A stretch of 64,000 nt of DNA. It comes from Vicugna vicugna. Its lineage: Eukaryota. This document shows positions 11,528-24,019 of the stretch, in pieces. The notes beneath the pieces were generated by a model. It was not told where the DNA came from. It did no database searches and saw only the letters and a list, made by a program, of their open reading frames with translations. The stretch spans positions 815,303-879,302 of the forward strand of contig MU057640.1 of NCBI GenBank assembly GCA_013265495.1. The letters run 5' to 3'. Both the position numbers and the translations under genes were made by a program. Position 1 is the first letter of the stretch. The number at the start of each line of letters is the position of its first letter.

Positions 11528-12704
11528 CTCCTTGATCGCCCCAAATACCTGTCTTACATCACAGACTCCCCTGCCGCCGGCTCCATCCTGGTTCCCCAAC
11601 ACTCCGAGAAAAGAGGTGGCCACACAGGTTACATCCTCTCGTGGTGTGTGGCTGGATGATCCTCAGGCAGGAGAAGGTACAAAAACACCCTGTCTATCTG
11701 AGCAGACAAACCAAAGATGAAATGACATCAGACTCAGTTCCACAGACACGTCATGGGGGGTTTGGTATTGTCTTCAGACGCCGCCCACTGTTTATTTGAT
11801 TCGCCATTAAGAGAGTCTCTTTTCCCTCCACTTGCTCTATGATGGTGGATGTTTGCCAAATGGACTAACAGTGTTGTTAGCTGCTGCTTCCCAGTTTCTG
11901 CTTGTTGGCAGCTCACCTGGGAACTCCAAATTTCCCCCATACGGAGGGCATGCAGAGCAGAGAGTCTCCGTCCCGTGAAAGTGCACACTTGACCGAGGAG
12001 ACTAGGGCAGGAGCTGCCAGAGGGGAATGTGGAAGGCTTTGCACACACTCCACACTGCAGCCCGGCTGTCTGGGTAGCTCCGTAAAGCCTTGTCATCTTG
12101 GCGAGGCTGACCCACCTTCCCCAGGCTCCCTTTCCCCCCATGTTTGCAGTTAGGTGGGGCCCCAGGGGTCATTCCTGAGTGGGATGGAGAGCAGAAGTGA
12201 AGCAGCGGCCTCTCTAACTCACACACGCGGTCCCTTATCTGTGGGCTTACCTTGTTGGGAGCGGGCAGCTGCCAGGCCTGACACTGCTCCGTCTTCCCTG
12301 GGTCTCCCTCTGCTCCTGACCCCTGGGCCACTGTGTGTTTATCTCTGTGATGACCAGAGCATCATCCAGCGGGGCAGCTGTATCATCAAGGGAGTCAGTA
12401 GAACTGACGCAGGGTTCGGTCAGTCTTACGGGTTACCGTGTGTGCACGCGGGTCCTGGCTAGTCCTCCCTCTCCCTGATTTACACACCTCTGCCCGTGCT
12501 CACTGCCTGTCCTGTGGACTCCAAGCTCCATCAGACACCAGACACGAAGGCAACAGCCTTACAGAGATTGCCTAACTAGCAGCCACAATGGCATAACATG
12601 AAATCCCTGTAACCAACACACACATATTCATATGTATACTTAGAATGATACCCAGACACATACGATGCTACAGCCCAGTGGTTCTGCTTCTCTGACTGGT
12701 CCCT

Positions 12705-13258
12705 GAGTGATCTTCTGAAAATTCCTATCCTATCACGTCATCCCTGCTTAAAACCTCCAGTGGTTTCCCACTGCTCTCAAGACCAAAGTCCCCATCCGCC
12801 CCTCCACCTCCCACCAGACCATACTCCTCTATCTTCTTCTGCTCCCACCACTGTGATCATCTTTTAGTCCCATGTACTGCTGTGCCCTCATCCATGACAG
12901 GCATTTTACACATGCTGTCCCCTCTGCCTGGCTGTCTCTTTCTAGCCATCATGACCTGGCCAACACCAACTTATCGTTCATATCTCAGCTAGAACATCAG
13001 CCTAGTGAAATTCTCCCATGCTGATCTCTCATCTTACGGTGTCCCTCTCCTCCGAGCATCACCACATGCATGAGCATTCCCTTGTTTGTAGGGTTTTCAG
13101 TCAAACGTTCCCTCCCTTGGATCCTAAGCTCCGACAGGGCAACTTGGGCTATTTGGCTTTCCAAGGTGCGTTCCTCACACCTAGTACCTTGTTTGGCATG
13201 CAATTGAACTTTTCTTCTCAGCACTAGAAATATCAGTGGAATAAATGAATAAATAAAA
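12705..13258 (+). mobile_element. L2 3' portion
   Basis: ctgcttaaaacctccagtggtttccc..tgctgtcccctctgcctgg..gaataaatgaataaat terminus. Confidence 0.8.
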
Positions 13259-13964
13259 GATGCTTGACAGATGAAGAAGATGGTGGAAGAGCCACAGGTG
13301 ACAACTGAGGGACAAGGTGTAAAGTCGAGACTTGCCCTTTCAAGGGTTAGCGATTTTGGGGAAGCCAGTCCTGACGGCACACGGCGAGGGGCTGTGTTTT
13401 TCCCCAATGAGAGAGAAGGAATTATTAACCCATGTAAGATGGATGCTTGTTGTGAACTAGACAGTTTTCCCTTTTCCGTGGCCAATTTTTGCTGATGATT
13501 TTTCAAAGTCATGACAGCTGATATCCTTAACTAGTGAAGCAATCACAGTACAGAGTTGAACTTTTTTTTTCTTAAAGAAGTCTCAATTTCTTTAAAGTAA
13601 CAGTAGAATTTGGAAATGAAATGTATCATTCCCTTCAGAATAAATTAGTGAGCGTCTGTGGGAGAAAAAAAAACAATGAACATATTCATGAATTATGGTT
13701 AAGTGTTCACCTTTCTTTCCAACGGCAATTTAAATAAGAAAAGCTTTCTGCCCTGATTTCAGCTGATTTAACCTTGTCCTTGCATCTGCCAAGGCATGTC
13801 TGAATTTCACAGTTTGTGCTTCCAACCAGGACAGCACCCTTCTAAACTCCGGACACACCTCTGGTGCATGAAGTCTGGTTGGAAGTTTCCAGAAGATCAG
13901 TGCTTATCTGTGGCCCCAAAAGGAAGTAGCCAGCAATCTGCGAGGGTCAGTTCTACACCTCAGC

Positions 13965-14120
13965 CCTGATTTCAGTCCTTGATTCCACCACTAACTAACT
14001 AGTCACGAAGACTTGGAGAGTTAGCCAACTTCTGAGTCTCCATTTCTTTGCCTGTAAAATGAGCCAGTTGGATCAGAGGATCACAAAGGACCTTTAAACT
14101 CTGGTATATTATGATTCTAG
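13965..14120 (+). mobile_element. MIR (MIR3/MIRc-like)
   Basis: ..tttctttgcctgtaaaatgag..ttggatcagaggatc..ctctggtatattatgattcta. Confidence 0.65.
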
Positions 14121-15624
14121 GTTTACCCTTCCTGGCGGCTATCATGGTAAGTGGCTTTTATGAGACAAATACAATGACTTTTGGGAAGACTGGGGTAATA
14201 GCTAAATTTATTAAATTAGTACTTATCTCTACCTTTCCCATGACAATGGGACTTATAATTAAAGCTTTTCATAACTGCCCTGATGTTCTCTTTCTTCTCC
14301 CCATTAAACCTTTTCATTGTGTCCATACTTGGGGCTTTCCCGGGCACTGCTATAGCTGACGTGAAAGGCTTCACTTTCCACTAAGAACCATGGCTCTTTA
14401 AAATCTTCTGTTTCATTTTGCAATAGATGTTTGACATTCATCTATTTTGAGGACCCATATATTAAAAAAAAACTTCTTGCAGTTTTCCTGCACTTTGCTG
14501 TTCCTACCATCTGTTGTTGAGTCTTTAACCATACAAGTGTGTTTATTCAGCGTGTGCTCTCCTTGGACCCACACTTTAAATTCTAGTTTGACTTTTGTTG
14601 TTAATTGGAGGATGTACAATTGAAACTCAGAAGAATTTATGAAAATGAATTCAACAGATTCATTTAATTAATGTGACTGCAAGATTTTTACTCACATAGG
14701 ACCGGCTTCAACTTCATTAGTTTACACAGAGCATTCAAACTTGAACATAAGCTGTCCAAACTGTTTTGTCATGAGATTTATCTCCCCTGAGTCTCAAAAA
14801 ACAGTTTGTATGTAAACGACTGAAAAAACAAACTAACCAGCCATAATTAGTGGTGGATATTGGGACGCAAGCAGTTATACCACTGAGGAGGTTACAGATG
14901 AATGAGAATTAGTTTCCAAATATTTCCTGGACCTTGCGTCAGGCTCTGGGGATGTGCTGATGGGGTATGGCTGATACAGTCCCGCTCTCAGGTGTTGGAA
15001 GGACTTTTATAAAGTCTCCTGGAGTTGTCTGGGAATATTTATGCACATGAATTCAAGTGATTTTCCTCCACCACGCTTCCCTCGCCCAGCACGTGTCCTG
15101 CGCTTTGCCCCAGGGAGCAGCCAGAAAGTCTCACTTGTTGCCTCAGGAAGGAGTGACTCGGCAGAACCAGCAGACCAAGAGTCCCAGCTCCCAGTCTGAG
15201 TCTCAACAGCCCAGTCGCTCTCTGAGGGCCTCCCAGGTGAAGCAGTCCACATGCAGGCTGGGGGCAAAGGAGAGAAGGGAAGGAAGCGGGGGCGGGGGCT
15301 GGGTCTCCTGAGGGGCTGGGGTGCCAGCCGCACAGGTGATACAACAAGGATTTGGGCATCTGGGACGTAAATAATTTGCATCCCCTCCACCTCCCAAGGG
15401 AAATACAGAGAGTCTGTAAGGCCCCACACGTATCTGCACCCCAGCCCCACAGTCTGTATTCCGAGCATGGTGTAGGAGCAGAAATAATGTGTCCAGTAGA
15501 AGGGACCGAGACTCCCAGTAGAATTTTCACTGCTAACAGAGGTAAATCCAGGATTTTACAGGCTTCCAAATAATGGACCAACGAAGCACATGGAATAACA
15601 AGAACAATACTACTGCTGGTACTA

Positions 15625-15870
15625 ATAACAGGAAACATTTCACAGAATGTAGCTCTTACTCCAGGGCAGGCACTGTTTTAAATATTTTAACATACTAACT
15701 CATTTAATCCTCCCCACAATCCTATGAAGTAGGTACTTTTATTATAAATAGCTCTAATTTATAAATGAGAAACAGAGACACAGAGAGGTTAAGTAAAGTG
15801 GCCAGGGCACATAGCCAGTAAGAAGTAGAGTTGAGATTCAAATCCAGGGAGAATGGCTCCAGAGTCAAAA
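15625..15870 (-). mobile_element. MIR SINE, near full length
   Basis: aactcatttaatcctc..cctatgaagtaggtac..cagagaggttaagtaa..gattcaaatccagg..ggctccagagtc. Confidence 0.9.
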
Positions 15871-16416
15871 TTAAAGAGGCCTTAGAGTTGGGACAAAGAG
15901 GATGCAGCAGTGACACGTGTGGCCTGGAGGACAGGTAGGAAGGAGGCTATGTAAGGGATGCGGTCCTGCAGAAATGACCATACACTCCCATCAAGGTCTG
16001 GAAGAACTGCCCACCTTCCCTGCCGGAGACTGCCCCCTACCCCTTACCCCACAAACTTAGATGCAACTCTGAGAAAAGGAGTCTCAGGCAGAAATAAAGT
16101 TCAGTTACAGAAGAATAAAGTGAAAATTCTTGCACAGCTGTGTGTAAGGACTACATGAGTTATGACATCAATGTGCAGGATAACAGATACTGTTTACAAG
16201 TTATAAATCACAGAGACCGATAAGGAGCACAGTCTACTGATCGCATCAGCATTTGGGTCTACAGATCATCGCTGCTTTGTTTGAAAAACATATATATGTA
16301 TGTTTCTCCCACATATATTCTGTAACTTTTAAATACAAGTTCCTGGTAAAAGAAATTCAAATATCACCAAGGTGAGTAAAACAGTACATAAAAGACCGCA
16401 GACATCATTCCCCACC

Positions 16417-16778
16417 TATTGTGGGCTGCACTGTGTCCTCTTCCTGCCACATTCATATGTGGAAGTCCTACCCCCAGGACCGCAGAATGTGACTGTATTT
16501 GGAGGCAGGATCTTTAAAAAGGTAACTAAGTTAAAGTGAGGTGTTAGGGCCGGTTGTGATCCAATATGCCTGGTGTCCCATATGAAGAGATTTCGACACA
16601 GACACACACAGAAGGAGACATTGTGAGGACACAGGAAGAAGACGACCATCCACAGGACAAAGACAGAGGCCTCCTCAGCTCGATCATCCAGCCTCCAGAA
16701 CTGTGAGAAAATAGCTTTCTGTTGGTGAAGCCCCCAGAGTGTGGTACTTGGCTATGGCAGCCAGAGCAAACTAGGACC
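16417..16778 (+). mobile_element. MaLR solo LTR (MLT1A/B-like)
   Basis: MLT1 motifs gaatgtgactgtatttggag, ccagcctccagaactgtgaga and tatggcagcc..gcaaactag. 5-bp TSD ccacc/ccatc. Confidence 0.85.
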
Positions 16779-16865
16779 CCATCTCTAACTGCTCTGCAGG
16801 TTGCCATGGACCAGTCTTCATTCTTCATTCCCACCTTTGGGGGAAAGAGGGTAGAAAGAGATGTG

Positions 16866-16868
<3 letters not shown>

Positions 16869-16897
<29 letters not shown>
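16869..16897. repeat. (TA)n microsatellite
   Basis: Seen directly. Confidence 0.95.
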
Positions 16898-16899
<2 letters not shown>

Positions 16900-16909
16900 C
16901 TATGTCTTC

Positions 16910-17215
16910 ATTATTAAAAATTTAATAAAATTTTTATGCATTATGCATAAAAATTACATACATAATGGTATTGGAAATTCACTATTTTTAAGTGTACAGT
17001 GTGATAAATGTTGGTAACTGTAGACAACTGTATAATCACCATCACAATCAAGATAAAACAGTTCTCAAAACTTAAAAAGTTCCCTGGTGTCCTTTCATAG
17101 TGGACTCTCTTCCTGACCCCACCCTCAGCTCCAGGCAACCTTTGATCTGCTTTCTGTCATGATCATTTTGCCTTTTTCAGAATTTCAGATAAATGGCTTG
17201 CTGTATCTTTGAGAT
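16910..17215 (-). mobile_element. L1MB-like 3' end
   Basis: tttaagtgtacagt..taatcaccatcacaatcaagata..ggcaacctttgatctgctttctgtca. Confidence 0.75.
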
Positions 17216-17449
17216 TATTCTTAAGTAAAAAGGCAACACCACACTTCCTTTAAATGATTCAATTATATTTTCTATTTGTAGGGAGGTAAATATAAAATGT
17301 GAAATAGGATGGTGTGGTGAAGAAAGCGCAGGCTATGGATCCCACAGACCTGTGCTGGAATCCCGGGGCTGCCCTCGTGTCCTGCTGGGCACAGACCCCT
17401 CGTCTGTAAGATGCTGCTGCCACCACCTCCCTGGGGGAGGATTGGGAGC

Positions 17450-18950
17450 TAATTTTCCTTCTTCCTGAAATGTATTTTGTAGCAATTCCTTTGACAAATT
17501 TATGTTAATGATACATTCCTTGTATTTTTATACAATAATTTTGCTCTTATTAAAAGATAGTTTCATTATATGTAGAACTTTAAGTGATTGTTATTTTCTG
17601 TAAACAGTTGGCAGATTTTCTTCCATTGCTCCGTAGCTTCCATTTTTACATATAAAAGGTCACCTGCCAGTTTTATTATTATTATTTTTTGATAAGCAAT
17701 CTGTCTTTTCTCTCTAGTTGCTTTGAAGATTTTCTTTTTGTGTTTCTCCAATTTAATGTCAGTGTAGCTAGATAAAGATTTGTTTTCATTTATCCTGCTT
17801 GGAATGTGTTTGACTTTTGGAATCTGAGGACTAGAGTTTTTAATCAACTCTGGAAAATTCTCAACTATTATATCTTTAAATCAAGAAGGAAGTGAAGAGA
17901 AAATGGGGATCACTTTCCCTTCCCATTTTTCTATTATTATTATTTCTTTCTCAAAATTTGATTAGGTGTTAGAATTTCTTACTTTTGCCCACAACCTTTC
18001 TTTCATATTACTATTTTTGCCTTTCCATACTACATTCTGTGAACTTTAATCTGCTCCATCTTCTAGTTTATTATTTCTCTAGCTAAGTCAAAACTGCTGT
18101 TGAACATTTCTATTAAGTTTCTAATTTCAGTTATTATGTTTTTCATTTCAAGAATGTTTGTGTGGCTCCTTATCAAAGCTTAGAGTCCTTTTTGAGAGTA
18201 CCTAGTGCTTATACCTTTAAGATACCCTGTCACTCCCAATACCCTCTCACTTCTTTAAAAATATTAGGTAAAATATATGAAATTGCAGATATTGTCCAAT
18301 TTTCACTTGCAAGAATGACAGTTTCATATGCTCTGACCTAACAATTAGTCTACATCTGCATATGGTAATTCTATCAGCTGCGGTCTTTACCGGCTGGAGT
18401 CTTGCATTTGTGCTTTCTGCTGACTTTCACTCATGCTGGTTTGTGTTCCTACATTCCTAGGGACTTTATTTTTTTCTGGGAATTTTTGAGGTCCGTATGT
18501 AAAGTGTGTTCCTCCAGAGAGAGGAGATGTGTTTGCTTATGCCAGGTACCTGGGGCAGTACTGAAATGGAGAAATGTTGCTATTATTATTATTTTTATTA
18601 ATTTTTTGTTGTTGGCTTTTTTGGGCCACATGGAGTTTGGTGAGACACACCAGCAAGAGGAGATTTAGGATTTGGAATTAGGAATTATCTAGTGAGATAA
18701 TTTTTCTCCCTTCTCTCACTCGAGTGATAAGCAAAGCTAACGTGATTATTCCTATATTCTCCTTTCAGAGGCTCTTTACCCCAGCTCACCCAATAATGGC
18801 ACTGCCCCCCAGCAGTCTCTGAAGTGACTGTCTCCCTACTCAGTTTTGTTTCTTGACACCCACTTGCATAGGCTCTTAAAATCCAGACTCTGGACTACCT
18901 AGACTTGACAGACGTCCTCTGAGAAAACGCTAATCCAATGCTAGTTGACT
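17450..18950 (-). mobile_element. Decayed old L1 ORF1/5' region
   Basis: ORF 17566-17847 reads KIFKATREKRQIAYQK..IKLAGD..KMEATEQWKKI, which resembles the L1 ORF1p RRM/CTD region. Confidence 0.75.
18262..18343. mobile_element. MADE2 mariner MITE
   Basis: Terminal inverted repeats tattaggtaaaatatatgaaattgc..gtttcatatgctctgacctaa, about 80 bp. Confidence 0.75.
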
Positions 18951-21109
18951 CTTCTGGATTCTCACTTTCCAGCTTATGGTCCCTAGAGGTTGCCCTTGCT
19001 TTCTTATCAGTTTGGTGTTCTGTACCAAAGGGTGTTCTTCTGCCGTCTAGTTGACTGTGTGACCAGAAATAGAAGTCCCTGATTTTTTTTTTTTTGTCAG
19101 TAAGTATCATATCCAGTTGATTGAATAACCTGAACTCGATGAAGTACAAACATGAAGTATTTTTACTTTCCCCTCATCTCTGCCCTCAAACATGAAAAGT
19201 CAAATCTCCTTTGCCCTGGTTTAATGACATCTTTGGTAGACCCTTTAAGCTTTCTGGTTACTTGCAATGAGTTCCATTTAAGATTTAAATCCCAATTTAG
19301 CTCTTATTGTTCACATACAACCACAGACTCAAAGAGATACCTGCCAAGCTTCCCATGAATTTTCCCACATTTTTCTTCAGAAGCAAGAAAGAGCACTGGG
19401 TTCAAGAGCTCAGTAAGAGTGTAGTTAGGGCGATGAGCCCTTGTGCCCCTTCCTGTGGCACCCCTAGTCATCACCAGTGATTTTCTTGGCGCCCTCCTCA
19501 TTTGGTTTAGAGGGAGGAAATACTTGGATTTGGAAAGTGCAGTTTAGAAAACCCACAGCAGTGACTCTGAAGAGTGCCCTTTTGGACTCGCCAACCCACT
19601 CTCCACCCTAGTAGTGTGCTTATGAATATATATATGGATAAAGGTGGGAGTGTTTCAGACAACAATGATAGTCCACAAGTGTTAGCTACGATGAGTTCAA
19701 CAAATACTGCTGTCATCATTAATTCTCAGGAAAATTATATGCTAGGGGCACATTCTCTGAAGAATATATAGGGTGGAACTCTGTAGACGATCCTGAGCCA
19801 ATGATATGGTTCTTGGACCCAGAAAATGATGTCTTAGAACCCAAAACTAGGTTAAGTGTTGCAATCCAAGTTTAATATAAAAATTACTTCAAATTTCCTC
19901 TGGCTGCAACTGAGGGTAAAAATAGACTTTATTGGTGTAGAGCATGCCTTATTAATATCAATATGTTTAAGGAAAAAAAAAAGCCTTCATGGATGATACA
20001 ATAGCAACTTCTAAATCAGGCTTAAACATTTTTAATATATAATAGATGCCACAATTATGTTAATATGCCAGTAAAAATGTTTTGTGTTTCCATAAATTAA
20101 AGCTTTATCTGGTACCCTTGTCCTCAGGAGAACAGAATGACAAAGTCAATCGCACAAGGAGCTAATCTGAAAGTGAATGGTCTACATGTTTACAACCTTT
20201 GCACAAACTTCCCACCAGCAGTAAGATTTAGCTAGAGTCTTTCTACCAGCAACACTTCGGCCGTCCAGCCAGGTGTGTGCGTAGATACACACATATATCT
20301 AAAGAGTATAGAATTAGGTGCTACAAAGTTGATCCACTGAAATCAATAGCCATCATTGCTGACCAACCACCCCTTATTACAGGCACGGTGCCTGTAATCG
20401 TTTCTGATTCTTTCTTTTAAAAACACTCAGTGACCCTGGGTCAGTTACAATAACTTTGGACTTCATTCTCTTCTTAAATTTTATCTCACTCTGAAACAGA
20501 CTTTTTCATAGAAGTGTTTAAGAAGACATTGTGTGGCGCATTTTCATTTCTAATAAATGAGCTGTCTTTTCCTTTTTCATCCCACTTACCATTTCTTCTC
20601 AAAAGGGGAAAAAAATCAAATGGAAAAATGTGAAAAAGATGAATTAATGTGACATTTAGAGTAAGATTTTAATGGCACAAAGGCCAAGAATATCAGAGCT
20701 ATGCCTTTCGTTTTCACAGTTACAACCTGACAGGATTTTAAGACGTTGCTGAAGTGAACTTCACCAGAAGAAAGTGAAAATGCATACATTTATGGAAAAG
20801 GTGTTATAGCAGAGTTTTATTTGTTAAGGCAAACACAGCATAGTCAATATTTAATTAAGCATTGTTTTTTCAAAGCTGGCCCCTCTGATACAATACAACC
20901 AGTATTGGCGGTACTAGATGTATTTTTGGAAATCCCCTTGGAAATAAGTTTATGAACCAGTTTCTAAGGAAAACAAGAAAACCAGCTTCATTCATTCAGT
21001 TATACCAAATTCAAACCAATATTGGCAATTTGCACTGGTTAATTGGCCTTGTCCAGACCTTATTCACCAAACTGATTGCAAATTACTTTTTAATAAAAAG
21101 AGCAAAAGA

Positions 21110-21440
21110 AAACTATTTTTTAAAATCATGAAATATCATGAACGGTACATAATATATACCATTCAAATTCTTTAAAGAAAACATCCATGTTACCATAGCA
21201 GAGGTTAAAGAAACTTTGCCAGCACCCCAGTGTTATCCTCCACTTCTGACATATATTGTCCCCATCACAATACCCGCCCCTTAGGTAAACAGTAGTCACT
21301 GCCGTCCCTTTCCTGCCACTTTTATCAACTGCTATATACTCCTCAATGCTATCATTCCATTGGTTGTTTTTTGAACGTTATATAAATGGAATCATACAGT
21401 ATACATCCTTCTGCATCTGCCTTCTTTTGCTCAATGTCTT
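21110..21440 (-). mobile_element. Old L1M 3' end
   Basis: catccatgttaccat..ttatataaatggaatcatacagtatacatccttctg..cttcttttgctcaa. Confidence 0.7.
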
Positions 21441-21442
21441 GA

Positions 21443-21715
21443 TTTTTTTTATGATGTACAATTGATTTATAATCTTGTGTCAGTTTCAGGTGTATAGCAA
21501 AGTGACTAAGTTATACATATATTCTATATATAATATAGAACTTATATATAAACTTATTCTTTTTCAGGTTCTTTTCCATTATAGGTTATTATTACAAGAT
21601 ATTGAATATAGTCCCCCATGCTATACAGTACACCCTTGCTGGTTATCTGTTTTATATACAGTACTGTGTATATGTTAATCCCAAATTCCTAATTTATCCC
21701 TCCTCCTCTTTCCCT
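21443..21715 (-). mobile_element. L1 3' end (artiodactyl type)
   Basis: Antisense match to the 7572-7810 element: gtttcaggtgtatagcaaagtga..gttaatcccaaattcctaatttatccc. Confidence 0.9.
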
Positions 21716-21719
21716 CTTC

Positions 21720-21926
21720 TGTCTGTATCCTATCTTTCTCTGACTCTCTTTTATAAGGACACATGTGACTGCATTTAGGGCCCACCTGCATAATCCAGGG
21801 TAATCTCCCCCTCTCAAGATCCTTAACTTAATCGCACTTGAAAAGACCCTTTATTGGTAAGGAATGTTTATCGGTTTTTGAGAATGGGGGCCTGATATCT
21901 TTGGGGCCACTATTCAGTCTCCTACA
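21720..21926 (-). mobile_element. MLT1C/D LTR fragment
   Basis: tataaggacac..gggcccacc..taatccagggtaatctcccc..tcaagatccttaacttaatc..cctaca. Confidence 0.75.
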
Positions 21927-22639
21927 GGTATCCAACAAATTATATTTACTTTGAGTCTTTTTCTTTTAGTTCCATTTCCTTTCAATGACACTGAAGGAGA
22001 ATGAGAATCACAAAGGACAAGTATGTTGACCAATTTTGGGTTTCCTCAGCCAGTCCTCTTGTTTTATGATCTGAGAGAATCACAATTTAAGAGAAAACTG
22101 ATGGCCTGGATTAACCTGGGGATAGATTCAATTAGAGCATCTGGAGGACTGAGTGGAAAGGACCAACTTCAGACAGCCTTTCATACACATCCTCTGATGA
22201 ATCACAGAAGGTCAGAGCCAGATGAACCACAGATATTGCTTAATCTAAACATATTCGTTAACAGATAAGGAAACTGAGGCCGCAAGAGACTGGTGACAAA
22301 ATCAGTGGTCGCACAAGCAGTTTATAGCCCTAGAGCCTTTCAGCCAAACTGTACTGCCAAGAAGCCATAAGGAAAATACCTTTTAAAGTTTTATGTTAAC
22401 ATAAAGCCATTAAGAAGAAATTTGTGGACTATGAAGAGATAGAAGTATACACATGAAAAACTGTGTTGTGATGAACAGACTGAAAATGCATGTATATACT
22501 TAGCATTATGATCTGAAAAGTATTTGTATCATAAAAATTCATACGGAGAGTTCTATGGGTATGCTTTTAATTGAATTCTTTCCTCTGTTCCTTGATTGTG
22601 AGAGAGGCAGAATTGGGACTAACGGGTTGAAGCGGTGGG

Positions 22640-22770
22640 TAAGTTTCAAGTCACTATAAGGAAGACGTTTCTAAAGGTCAAAGTTGTCCAAAGCTGGAAT
22701 GAGAGATGATGACATTCATCACTGGAGGTTATGAAAGCTGAGGCTGGAGACCGCTTGGCAGGAATGTGGC
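22640..22770 (+). mobile_element. L3/CR1 3' fragment
   Basis: tataaggaagacgtttcta..gttgtccaaagctggaatg..catcactggagg..gaggctgga. Confidence 0.6.
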
Positions 22771-22814
22771 AGCTGTACTGATTTCCAGATTCAAACAGGC
22801 TGTATTCTGTCATT

Positions 22815-22960
22815 GGGGCAGATGCTGAAAGTAGAGGTTCCTGAGCCCAGGCACATAGGGATGTCCTGGGATCTGTATTCTTAATAAGCTACCCCAGTGA
22901 TTCTTGTGTTCGGGGAGGGGGTGGGGTGGGAATGCATCAGACACCTGTAAGTAGCTGTTC
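22815..22960. mobile_element. MER5-like MITE remnant
   Basis: cctgggatctgtattcttaataagctaccccagtgattct. Confidence 0.55.
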
Positions 22961-24019
22961 TAATTCAGGAGTCTGTAATTTTCTTCATGAGATAATGGAA
23001 AGAGCACTGTAATGGGGGCAAGGAATTCAGATTCTGTCTTGGTTTTGTTCCTAACAAGCTGTGTGATTTTTGAGCACATGACATCAATTTTCCTGTCTGC
23101 AAAAATAAGTGGGACTAGGTGTATCTTATGGTTCTTATATGGTAGGAATTTGTGTTTCTAAGGGTGGCCTGGAAGAAACGGATCTTCCAAGTCCCTGGAA
23201 AATTCCCCATGACATTCAGATGCTGGAGAATTATCCTGGAATGACTGTCTAAGACAGCTGGGCAAGGCCGTGCAAACTGGCTGGTTTCCTGGAGTTGGTA
23301 GGCACTTGGCCCAGGATACGTCTATCACATTCAGGGCAGGTGGGGAGTGGAGAGGGTTGGCAGGCTGGAAGTTGGGAACTCAGAAACTTCCCCATCTTGG
23401 CTCCAACCAAGAGCCATCTTTGTTACCTACTTACAGTTCAAAAAGGAAGGCCCAAGGAGGCTGATCTGCTGTCCTGAAAAAGCAGTGGTAATTGCCCTTT
23501 CTAGGGCATCTTGCCAAGAAATATCAAGCTTCTGGAAGGTGAGCTGGGTTGGCAATTTCATTTCTTATGAATGAGCCTCCCCTCCCAAAAGCCAATGATA
23601 CTTAGCTTTTGATCTAATGTTGAGTTCTCCTTTCCTCCCTACTTCTTTCTTCTCTCTCCATTTCTCCATCTGTGTTTGGAAACAATTCTCCATGGATCTG
23701 TCACATAGCTATATGTCTTGAGAGTGAGGCACTGGTTGCCTTTCGACTATCTTTTCAAGGATATTTAATCCAAGGGTGATGTTTTCTGTCCATGTTAGAT
23801 CATTCTGATAATGGCCTTCAACTTTAGGATTACATCCTTTTAAAAAATCCTTTATTATGATTTTTGTGGCATTTCAGAAGAGAAGGGACAAGTGTATTCA
23901 ATCCATCAAGTTAACCTGGATCCATATTTGAATGAGTTACCTTATGACCCACATCTAGTCACCAAGTCCTATCAATCCTATATTCTACCTTTTCCTTAGG
24001 TGTCTGGAATCTTACTGTT

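Noticed and set aside
12997..13512. 171-aa minus-strand ORF
   Set aside because: Half of it is antisense L2 and no protein family is recognised.
13815..13840. REST/RE1-like ggacagcacc
   Set aside because: Right half-site only; the left half does not match.
15039..15638. Longest ORF in the track (199 aa, minus strand) as a stand-alone gene
   Set aside because: No recognisable domain, and it starts in a MIR tail. Only the internal 123-nt splice-bounded segment, in a different frame, is kept as a candidate.
20590..20597. 5- or 8-nt microexon before ATG|gtaagt
   Set aside because: The acceptors would be GAG or AAG, and neither length is a multiple of three.
20870..21090. Possible mariner-type (MARNA-like) remnant
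   Set aside because: The resemblance is too faint to call without a Dfam search.
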